This document shows, in pieces, positions 52,301 to 64,000 of a stretch of DNA of 64,000 nt; position 1 is the stretch's first letter; the number at the start of each line of letters is the position of its first letter. The stretch lies in contig OZ193909.1 of the NCBI GenBank assembly GCA_964276515.1, positions 9,238,001 to 9,302,000 of the forward strand. The letters run 5' to 3'. Under the pieces are notes generated by a model, which was given only the letters and a program-made list of their open reading frames with translations, made no database searches and was not told where the DNA came from. Source of the stretch: Gordius albopunctatus. Lineage: Eukaryota. A program made the translations under genes and the position numbers.

Positions 52301-55300
52301 AATAGGAATCTCAAATTAGCTTACTTTTATTTATTTTTTCAAGCTCTTTTACATAAAATAACAAAATATATATTTTAGCTCAAAATATTTAAAATTATTT
52401 CCATTAACACATATTCATCCGATGAAAGTTGTTATTTTCAGACGTGTATTCCATGATAAGAAGTAAAAATTTATCACAATTAGATAACTATCACTTTGAA
52501 ATCATCATCGCATATAGCATGTTTCAAAAACTCAGCACTCTCGTCGCGATGAAACAAACTAATCGCAACAATATAACGTTGTCTTTCCTCAAAATGATAG
52601 TTCTCGCAGCTTAAAACTTCTTATAAGGAGTCGATCGAGATTAATAAGAATCTCAAATTAGCTTACTTTTATTTATTTTTTTAAGCTCTTTTACATAAAT
52701 AACAAAAAATATATTTTTTAGCTCAAAATATTTAAAATTATTTCCATTAACACATATTCATCCGATGAAAGTTGTTATTTTCAGACGTGTATTCCATGAT
52801 AAGAAGTAAAAATTTATCACAATTAGATAACTATCACTTTGAAATCATCATCACATATAGCATGTTTCAAAAATTCAGCACTCTCGTCGCGATGAAACAA
52901 ACTAATCGCAACAATATAACGTTGTCTTTCCTCAAAATGATAGTTCTCGCAGCTTAAAACTTCTTATAAGGAGTCGATCGAGATTAATAGGAATCTCAAA
53001 TTAGCATACTTTTATATATTTTTTTAAGCTCTTTTACGTAAAATAACAAAAGATATATTTTTTAGCTCAAAATATTTAAAATTATTTCCATTAACACATA
53101 TTCATCCGATGAAAGTTGTTATTTTCAGACGTGTATTCCATGATAAGAAGTAAAAATTTATCACAATTAGATAACTATTACTTTGAAATAATCATCGCAT
53201 ATAGCATGTTTCAAAAATTCAGCACTCTCGTCGCGATGAAACAAACTAATCGCAACAATATAACGTTGTCTTTCCTCAAAATGATAGTTCTCGCAGCTTA
53301 AAACTTCTTATAAGTAGTCGATCGAGATTAATAGGAATCTCAAATTAGCTTACTTTAATATATTTTTTCAAGCTCTTTTACATAAAATCACAAAAAATAT
53401 ATTTTTTTAGCTCAAAATATTTAAAATTATTTCCATTAAACCATATTCATCCGATGAAATTTGTTATTTTCAGACGTGATTTTCATGATAAGAAGTAAAA
53501 ATTTATCAGAATTGTATAACTATCACTTTGAAATCATCATCGCATATAACATGTTTCAAAAATTCAGCACTCTCGTCGCGATGAAACAAACTAATCGCAA
53601 CAATATAACGTTGTCTTTCCTCAAAATGATAGTTCTCGCAGCTTAAAACTTCTTACAAGGAGTCGATCGAGATTAATAGGAATCTCAAATTAGCTTACTT
53701 TTATTTATTTTTTCAAGCTCTTTTACATAAAATAACAAAATATATATTTTAGCTCAAAATATTTAAAATTATTTCCATTAACACATATTCATCCGATGAA
53801 AGTTGTTATTTTCAGACGTGTATTCCATGATAAGAAGTAAAAATTTATCACAATTAGATAACTATCACTTTGAAATCATCATCGCATATAGCATGTTTCA
53901 AAAACTCAGCACTCTCGTCGCGATGAAACAAACTAATCGCAACAATATAACGTTGTCTTTCCTCAAAATGATAGTTCTCGCAGCTTAAAACTTCTTATAA
54001 GGAGTCGATCGAGATTAATAAGAATCTCAAATTAGCTTACTTTTATTTATTTTTTCAAGCTCTTTTACATAAAATAACAAAAAATATATTATTTAGCTCA
54101 AAATATTTAAAATTATTGCCATTAACACATATTCATCCGATGAAAGTTGTTATTTTCAGACGTGATTTTCATGATAAGAAGTAAAAATTTATCAGAATTA
54201 GATAACTATTACTTTGAAATAATCATCGCATATAGACTGTTTCAAAAATTCAGCATTCTCGTCGCGATGAAACAAACTAATCGCAACAATATAACGTTCT
54301 CTTTCCTCAAAATGATAGTTCTCGCAGCTTAAAACTTCTTATAAGGAGTCGATCGAGATTAATAGGAATCTCAAATTAGCTTACTTTTATTTATTTTTTC
54401 AAGTTCTTTTACATAAAATAACAAAAAATATATTTTTTAGCTCAAAATATTTAAAATTATTGCCATTAAACCATATTCATCCGATGAAAGTTGTTATTTT
54501 CAGACGTGATTTCCATATAAGAAGTAAAAATTTATCAGAATTAGATAACTATCACTTTGAAATCATCATCGCATATAGCATGTTTCAAAAATTCAGCACT
54601 CACGTCGCGATGAAACAAACTAATCGCAACAATATAACGTTGTCTTTCCTCAAAATGATAGTTCTCGCAGCTTAAAACTTCTTATAAGGAGTCGATCGAG
54701 AATAATAGGATTCTCAAATAAGCTTACTTTTATATATTTTTTCAAGTTCTTTTACATAAATTAACAAAAAATATTTTTTTAGCTCAAAATATTTCAAATT
54801 TTTTCCATTAAACCATATTCATCCGATGAAAGTTGTTATTTTCAGACGTGTATTCCATGATAAGAAGTAAAAATTTATCAGAATTATATAACTATCACTT
54901 TGAAATCATCATCGCATATAGCATGTTTTAAAAATTCAGCACTCTCATCGCGATGAAACAAACTAATCGCAACAATATAACGTTGTCTTTCCTCAAAATG
55001 ATAGTTCTCGCAGCTTAAAACTTCTTATAAGGAGTCGATCGAGATTAATAGGAATCTCAAATTAGCATACTTTTATATATTTTTTTAAGCTCTTTTACGT
55101 AAAATAACAAAAGATATATTTTTTAGCTCAAAATATTTAAAATTATTTCCATTAACACATATTCATCCGATGAAAGTTGTTATTTTCAGACGTGTATTCC
55201 ATGATAAGAAGTAAAAATTTATCACAATTAGATGACTATTACTTTGAAATAATCATCGCATATAGCATGTTTCAAAAATTCAGCACTCTCGTCGCGATGA

Positions 55301-57100
55301 AACAAACTAATCGCAACAATATAACGTTGTCTTTCCTCAAAATGATAGTTCTCGCAGCTTAAAACTTCTTATAAGTAGTCGATCGAGATTAATAGGAATC
55401 TCAAATTAGCTTACTTTAATATATTTTTTCAAGCTCTTTTACATAAAATCACAAAAAATATATTTTTTTAGCTCAAAATATTTGAAATTATTTCCATTAA
55501 ACCATATTCATCCGATGAAATTTGTTATTTTCAGACGTGATTTTCATGATAAGAAGTAAAAATTTATCAGAATTGTATAACTATCACTTTGAAATCATCA
55601 TCGCATATAACATGTTTCAAAAATTCAGCACTCTCGTCGCGATGAAACAAACTAATCGCAACAATATAACGTTGTCTTTCCTCAAAATGATAGTTCTCGC
55701 AGCTTAAAACTTCTTACAAGGAGTCGATCGAGATTAATAGGAATCTCAAATTAGCTTACTTTTATTTATTTTTTCAAGCTCTTTTACATAAAATAACAAA
55801 ATATATATTTTAGCTCAAAATATTTAAAATTATTTCCATTAACACATATTCATCCGATGAAAGTTGTTATTTTCAGACGTGTATTCCATGATAAGAAGTA
55901 AAAATTTATCACAATTAGATAACTATCACTTTGAAATCATCATCGCATATAGCATGTTTCAAAAACTCAGCACTCTCGTCGCGATGAAACAAACTAATCG
56001 CAACAATATAACGTTGTCTTTCCTCAAAATGATAGTTCTCGCAGCTTAAAACTTCTTATAAGGAGTCGATCGAGATTAATAAGAATCTCAAATTAGCTTA
56101 CTTTTATTTATTTTTTTAAGCTCTTTTACATAAATAACAAAAAATATATTTTTTAGCTCAAAATATTTAAAATTATTTCCATTAACACATATTCATCCGA
56201 TGAAAGTTGTTATTTTCAGACGTGTATTCCATGATAAGAAGTAAAAATTTATCACAATTAGATAACTATCACTTTGAAATCATAATCACATATAGCATGT
56301 TTCAAAAATTCAGCACTCTCGTCGCGATGAAACAAACTAATCGCAACAATATAACGTTGTCTTTCCTCAAAATGATAGTTCTCGCAGCTTAAAACTTCTT
56401 ATAAGGAGTCGATCGAGATTAATAGGAATCTCAAATTAGCATACTTTTATATATTTTTTTAAGCTCTTTTACGTAAAATAACAAAAGATATATTTTTTAG
56501 CTCAAAATATTTAAAATTATTTCCATTAACACATATTCATCCGATGAAAGTTGTTATTTTCAGACGTGTATTCCATGATAAGAAGTAAAAATTTATCACA
56601 ATTAGATAACTATTACTTTGAAATAATCATCGCATATAGCATGTTTCAAAAATTCAGCACTCTCGTCGCGATGAAACAAACTAATCGCAACAATATAACG
56701 TTGTCTTTCCTCAAAATGATAGTTCTCGCAGCTTAAAACTTCTTATAAGTAGTCGATCGAGATTAATAGGAATCTCAAATTAGCTTACTTTAATATATTT
56801 TTTCAAGCTCTTTTACATAAAATCACAAAAAATATATTTTTTTAGCTCAAAATATTTAAAATTATTTCCATTAAACCATATTCATCCGATGAAATTTGTT
56901 ATTTTCAGACGTGATTTTCATGATAAGAAGTAAAAATTTATCAGAATTGTATAACTATCACTTTGAAATCATCATCGCATATAACATGTTTCAAAAATTC
57001 AGCACTCTCGTCGCGATGAAACAAACTAATCGCAACAATATAACGTTGTCTTTCCTCAAAATGATAGTTCTCGCAGCTTAAAACTTCTTACAAGGAGTCG
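49337..57100. repeat. Higher-order repeat, 10-monomer unit (3435 bp), ~2.3 copies
   Basis: Offsets of +3435 for 49337/52772/56207, 49681/53116/56551, 50026/53461/56896, 50712/54147, 51025/54460, 51742/55177 and 52429/55864. Confidence 0.9.
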
Positions 57101-58924
57101 ATCGAGATTATTAGGATTCTCAAATTAGCTTACTTTTATATATTTTTTTAAGCTCTTTTACATAAAATAACAAAAAATATATTTTTTAGCTCAAAATATT
57201 TAAAATTATTTCCATTAACACATATTCATCCGATGAAAGTTGTTATTTTCAGACGTGTATTCCATGATAAGAAGTAAAAATTTATCACAATTAGATAACT
57301 ATCACTTTGAAATCATCATCGCATATAGCATGTTTCAAAAATTCAGCACTCTCGTCGCGATGAAACAAACTAATCGCAACAATATAACGTTGTCTTTCCT
57401 CAAAATGATAGTTCTCGCAGCTTAAAACTTCTTACAAGGAGTCGATCGAGATTAATAGGAATCTCAAATTAGCTTACTTTTATTTATTTTTTCAAGCTCT
57501 TTTACATAAAATAACAAAATATATATTTTAGCTCAAAATATTTAAAATTATTTCCATTAAACCATATTCATCCGATGAAATTTGTTATTTTCAGACGTGA
57601 TTTTCATGATAAGAAGTAAAAATTTATCAGAATTGTATAACTATCACTTTGAAATCATCATCGCATATAACATGTTTCAAAAATTCAGCACTCACGTCGC
57701 GATAAAACAAACTAATCGCAACAATATAACGTCGTCTTTCCTCAAAATGATAGTTCTCGCAGCTTAAAACTTCTTATAAGGAGTCGATCGAGATTATTAG
57801 GATTCTCAAATTAGCTTACTTTTATATATTTTTTTAAGCTCTTTTACATAAAATAACAAAAAATATATTTTTTAGCTCAAAATATTTAAAATTATTTCCA
57901 TTAACACATATTCATCCGATGAAAGTTGTTATTTTCAGACGTGTATTCCATGATAAGAAGTAAAAATTTATCACAATTAGATAACTATCACTTTGAAATC
58001 ATCATCGCATATAGCATGTTTCAAAAATTCAGCACTCTCGTCGCGATGAAACAAACTAATCGCAACAATATAACGTTGTCTTTCCTCAAAATGATAGTTC
58101 TCGCAGCTTAAAACTTCTTATAAGGAGTCGATCGAGATTAATAGGAATCTCAAATTAGCATACTTTTATATATTTTTTTAAGCTCTTTTGCGTAAAATAA
58201 CAAAAAATATATTTTTTAGCTCAAAATATTTAAAATTATTTCCCTTAACACATATTCATCCGATGAAAGTTGTTATTTTCAGACGTGATTTTCATGATAA
58301 GAAGTAAAAATTTATCAGAATTATATAACTATCACTTTGAAATCATCATCGCATATAGCATGTTTCAAAATTTCAGCACTCTCGTCGCGATGAAACAAAC
58401 TAATCGCAACAATATAACGTTGTCTTTCCTCAAAATGATAGTTCTCGCAGCTTAAAACTTCTTATAAGGAGTCGATCGAGAATAATAGGATTCTCAAATA
58501 AGCTTACTTTTATATATTTTTTCAAGTTCTTTTACATAAATTAACAAAAAATATTTTTTTAGCTCAAAATATTTCAAATTTTTTCCATTAAACCATATTC
58601 ATCCGATGAAAGTTGTTATTTTCAGACTTGATTTCCATATAAGAAGTAAAAATTTATCAGAATTAGATAACTATCACTTTGAAATCATCATCGCATATAG
58701 CATGTTTCAAAAATTCAGCATTCTCGTCGCGATGAAACAAACTAATCGCAACAATATAACGTTCTCTTTCCTCAAAATGATAGTTCTCGCAGCTTAAAAC
58801 TTCTTATAAGGAGTCGATCGAGATTAATAGGAATCTCAAATTAGCTTACTTTTATTTATTTTTTCAAGTTCTTTTACATAAAATAACAAAAAATATATTT
58901 TTTAGCTCAAAATATTTAAAATTA

Positions 58925-61900
58925 TTGCCATTAAACCATATTCATCCGATGAAAGTTGTTATTTTCAGACGTGATTTCCATATAAGAAGTAAAAATTTAT
59001 CAGAATTAGATAACTATCACTTTGAAATCATCATCGCATATAGCATGTTTCAAAAATTCAGCACTCACGTCGCGATGAAACAAACTAATCGCAACAATAT
59101 AACGTTGTCTTTCCTCAAAATGATAGTTCTCGCAGCTTAAAACTTCTTATAAGGAGTCGATCGAGAATAATAGGATTCTCAAATAAGCTTACTTTTATAT
59201 ATTTTTTCAAGTTCTTTTACATAAATTAACAAAAAATATTTTTTTAGCTCAAAATATTTCAAATTTTTTCCATTAAACCATATTCATCCGATGAAAGTTG
59301 TTATTTTCAGACGTGTATTCCATGATAAGAAGTAAAAATTTATCATAATTATATAACTATCACTTTGAAATCATCATCGCATATAGCATGTTTTAAAAAT
59401 TCAGCACTCTCATCGCGATGAAACAAACTAATCGCAACAATATAACGTTGTCTTTCCTCAAAATGATAGTTCTCGCAGCTTAAAACTTCTTATAAGGAGT
59501 CGATCGAGATTAATAGGAATCTCAAATTAGCATACTTTTATATATTTTTTTAAGCTCTTTTACGTAAAATAACAAAAGATATATTTTTTAGCTCAAAATA
59601 TTTAAAATTATTTCCATTAACACATATTCATCCGATGAAAGTTGTTATTTTCAGACGTGTATTCCATGATAAGAAGTAAAAATTTATCACAATTAGATGA
59701 CTATTACTTTGAAATAATCATCGCATATAGCATGTTTCAAAAATTCAGCACTCTCGTCGCGATGAAACAAACTAATCGCAACAATATAACGTTGTCTTTC
59801 CTCAAAATGATAGTTCTCGCAGCTTAAAACTTCTTATAAGTAGTCGATCGAGATTAATAGGAATCTCAAATTAGCTTACTTTAATATATTTTTTCAAGCT
59901 CTTTTACATAAAATCACAAAAAATATATTTTTTTAGCTCAAAATATTTAAAATTATTTCCATTAAACCATATTCATCCGATGAAATTTGTTATTTTCAGA
60001 CGTGATTTTCATGATAAGAAGTAAAAATTTATCAGAATTGTATAACTATCACTTTGAAATCATCATCGCATATAACATGTTTCAAAAATTCAGCACTCTC
60101 GTCGCGATGAAACAAACTAATCGCAACAATATAACGTTGTCTTTCCTCAAAATGATAGTTCTCGCAGCTTAAAACTTCTTACAAGGAGTCGATCGAGATT
60201 AATAGGAATCTCAAATTAGCTTACTTTTATTTATTTTTTCAAGCTCTTTTACATAAAATAACAAAATATATATTTTAGCTCAAAATATTTAAAATTATTT
60301 CCATTAACACATATTCATCCGATGAAAGTTGTTATTTTCAGACGTGTATTCCATGATAAGAAGTAAAAATTTATCACAATTAGATAACTATCACTTTGAA
60401 ATCATCATCGCATATAGCATGTTTCAAAAACTCAGCACTCTCGTCGCGATGAAACAAACTAATCGCAACAATATAACGTTGTCTTTCCTCAAAATGATAG
60501 TTCTCGCAGCTTAAAACTTCTTATAAGGAGTCGATCGAGATTAATAAGAATCTCAAATTAGCTTACTTTTATTTATTTTTTCAAGCTCTTTTACATAAAA
60601 TAACAAAAAATATATTATTTAGCTCAAAATATTTAAAATTATTGCCATTAACACATATTCATCCGATGAAAGTTGTTATTTTCAGACGTGATTTTCATGA
60701 TAAGAAGTAAAAATTTATCAGAATTAGATAACTATTACTTTGAAATAATCATCGCATATAGACTGTTTCAAAAATTCAGCATTCTCGTCGCGATGAAACA
60801 AACTAATCGCAACAATATAACGTTCTCTTTCCTCAAAATGATAGTTCTCGCAGCTTAAAACTTCTTATAAGGAGTCGATCGAGATTAATAGGAATCTCAA
60901 ATTAGCTTACTTTTATTTATTTTTTCAAGTTCTTTTACATAAAATAACAAAAAATATATTTTTTAGCTCAAAATATTTAAAATTATTGCCATTAAACCAT
61001 ATTCATCCGATGAAAGTTGTTATTTTCAGACGTGATTTCCATATAAGAAGTAAAAATTTATCAGAATTAGATAACTATCACTTTGAAATCATCATCGCAT
61101 ATAGCATGTTTCAAAAATTCAGCACTCACGTCGCGATGAAACAAACTAATCGCAACAATATAACGTTGTCTTTCCTCAAAATGATAGTTCTCGCAGCTTA
61201 AAACTTCTTATAAGGAGTCGATCGAGAATAATAGGATTCTCAAATAAGCTTACTTTTATATATTTTTTCAAGTTCTTTTACATAAATTAACAAAAAATAT
61301 TTTTTTAGCTCAAAATATTTCAAATTTTTTCCATTAAACCATATTCATCCGATGAAAGTTGTTATTTTCAGACGTGTATTCCATGATAAGAAGTAAAAAT
61401 TTATCAGAATTATATAACTATCACTTTGAAATCATCATCGCATATAGCATGTTTTAAAAATTCAGCACTCTCATCGCGATGAAACAAACTAATCGCAACA
61501 ATATAACGTTGTCTTTCCTCAAAATGATAGTTCTCGCAGCTTAAAACTTCTTATAAGGAGTCGATCGAGATTAATAGGAATCTCAAATTAGCATACTTTT
61601 ATATATTTTTTTAAGCTCTTTTACGTAAAATAACAAAAGATATATTTTTTAGCTCAAAATATTTAAAATTATTTCCATTAACACATATTCATCCGATGAA
61701 AGTTGTTATTTTCAGACGTGTATTCCATGATAAGAAGTAAAAATTTATCACAATTAGATGACTATTACTTTGAAATAATCATCGCATATAGCATGTTTCA
61801 AAAATTCAGCACTCTCGTCGCGATGAAACAAACTAATCGCAACAATATAACGTTGTCTTTCCTCAAAATGATAGTTCTCGCAGCTTAAAACTTCTTATAA

Positions 61901-63262
61901 GTAGTCGATCGAGATTAATAGGAATCTCAAATTAGCTTACTTTAATATATTTTTTCAAGCTCTTTTACATAAAATCACAAAAAATATATTTTTTTAGCTC
62001 AAAATATTTAAAATTATTTCCATTAAACCATATTCATCCGATGAAATTTGTTATTTTCAGACGTGATTTTCATGATAAGAAGTAAAAATTTATCAGAATT
62101 GTATAACTATCACTTTGAAATCATCATCGCATATAACATGTTTCAAAAATTCAGCACTCTCGTCGCGATGAAACAAACTAATCGCAACAATATAACGTTG
62201 TCTTTCCTCAAAATGATAGTTCTCGCAGCTTAAAACTTCTTACAAGGAGTCGATCGAGATTAATAGGAATCTCAAATTAGCTTACTTTTATTTATTTTTT
62301 CAAGCTCTTTTACATAAAATAACAAAATATATATTTTAGCTCAAAATATTTAAAATTATTTCCATTAACACATATTCATCCGATGAAAGTTGTTATTTTC
62401 AGACGTGTATTCCATGATAAGAAGTAAAAATTTATCACAATTAGATAACTATCACTTTGAAATCATCATCGCATATAGCATGTTTCAAAAACTCAGCACT
62501 CTCGTCGCGATGAAACAAACTAATCGCAACAATATAACGTTGTCTTTCCTCAAAATGATAGTTCTCGCAGCTTAAAACTTCTTATAAGGAGTCGATCGAG
62601 ATTAATAAGAATCTCAAATTAGCTTACTTTTATTTATTTTTTCAAGCTCTTTTACATAAAATAACAAAAAATATATTATTTAGCTCAAAATATTTAAAAT
62701 TATTGCCATTAACACATATTCATCCGATGAAAGTTGTTATTTTCAGACGTCATTTTCATGATAAGAAGTAAAAATTTATCAGAATTAGATAACTATTACT
62801 TTGAAATAATCATCGCATATAGCATGTTTCAAAAATTCAGCATTCTCGTCGCGATGAAACAAACTAATCGCAACAATATAACGTTGTCTTTCCTCAAAAT
62901 GATAGTTCTCGCAGCTTAAAACTTCTTATAAGGAGTCGATCGAGATTAATAGGAATCTCAAATTAGCTTACTTTTATTTATTTTTTCAAGTTCTTTTACA
63001 TAAAATAACAAAAAATATATTTTTTAGCTCAAAATATTTAAAATTATTGCCATTAAACCATATTCATCCGATGAAAGTTGTTATTTTCAGACGTGATTTC
63101 CATATAAGAAGTAAAAATTTATCAGAATTAGATAACTATCACTTTGAAATCATCATCGCATATAGCATGTTTCAAAAATTCAGCACTCTCGTCGCGATGA
63201 AACAAACTAATCGCAACAATATAACGTTGTCTTTCCTCAAAATGATAGTTCTCGCAGCTTAA
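58925..63262. repeat. Higher-order repeat, 6-monomer unit (2061 bp), ~2 copies
   Basis: Offsets of +2061 for 58925/60986/63047, 59642/61703, 59987/62048, 60329/62390 and 60673/62734. Confidence 0.88.
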
Positions 63263-64000
63263 AACTTCTTACAAGGAGTCGATCGAGATTAATAGGAATC
63301 TCAAATTAGCTTACTTTTATTTATTTTTTCAAGTTCTTTTACATAAAATAACAAAAGATATATTTTTTAGCTCAAAATATTTAAAATTTTTTCCATTAAA
63401 CCATATTCATCCGATGAAAGTTGTTATTTTCAGACGTGTATTCCATGATAAGAAGTAAAAATTTATCAGAATTGTATAACTATCACTTTGAAATCATCAT
63501 CGCATATAACATGTTTCAAAAATTCAGCACTCTCGTCGCGATGAAACAAACTAATCGCAACAATATAACGTTGTCTTTCCTCAAAATGATAGTTCTCGCA
63601 GCTTAAAACTTCTTATAAGGAGTCGATCGAGATTAATAGGAATCTCAAATTAGCTTACTTTTATTTATTTTTTCAAGCTCTTTTACATAAAATAACAAAA
63701 AATATATTTTTTAGCTCAAAATATTTAAAATTATTGCCATTAAACCATATTCATCCGATGAAAGTTGTTATTTTCAGACGTGATTTCCATATAAGAAGTA
63801 AAAATTTATCAGAATTGTATAACTATCACTTTGAAATCATCATCGCATATAGCATGTTTCAAAAATTCAGCACTCTCGTCGCGATGAAACAAACTAATCG
63901 CAACAATATAACGTCGTCTTTCCTCAAAATGATAGTTCTCGCAGCTTAAAACTTCTTATAAGGAGTCGATCGAGATTATTAGGATTCTCAAATTAGCTTA

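Larger units (their letters stand above)
10696..64000. repeat. Satellite DNA tandem array, ~344-bp monomer (right arm, ~155 copies, runs off window end)
   Basis: Same monomer and orientation as the left arm. I noticed no inversions or further foreign insertions, only SNPs and small indels (12 bp or less). Confidence 0.98.

Noticed and set aside
62..63949. More than 100 near-identical 61-79 aa ORFs (MLFSDV.../MKVVIF...) as a tandem gene family
   Set aside because: They follow the satellite period and mostly start at TTG. A common 1-bp indel switches the frame, many monomers carry stops (TTTTAA, AAATAA), variants are mostly non-synonymous, and there is no recognisable domain.
1..64000. CRISPR array or other repeat-spacer system
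   Set aside because: The entire 344-bp unit is repeated with no unique spacers, there are no cas genes, and the context is eukaryotic.
1..64000. Tandem 5S rRNA, tRNA, snRNA or spliced-leader RNA gene array
   Set aside because: I recognised no such RNA sequence or clear Pol III A/B boxes, and the unit is very AT-rich. An Rfam/Infernal scan would settle it.

Overview
Eukaryotic heterochromatin-type window. About 95% is a head-to-tail, single-orientation array of an AT-rich ~344-bp satellite monomer (roughly 177 copies). The monomers are highly similar and arranged into nested local duplications of 2, 4, 6 and 10 monomers, with further blocks recurring 7-40 monomers apart. The array is interrupted once, at 7797-10695, by an apparently intact 2899-bp hAT-superfamily DNA transposon. 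It has TAGAGATGG termini, a perfect 8-bp target-site duplication (GTCTTTCC), GGGAA subterminal repeats and an uninterrupted 623-aa BED-finger/DDE transposase on the minus strand. The many 61-79 aa ORFs in the track are by-products of the satellite. I see no evidence of a new multi-gene system. The most interesting signals are the very recent insertion with its empty paralogous site next door, a lone 8-bp duplication that could be an excision footprint, the transposon end architecture, and the layered duplication history of the array. The host species cannot be identified from the sequence alone.
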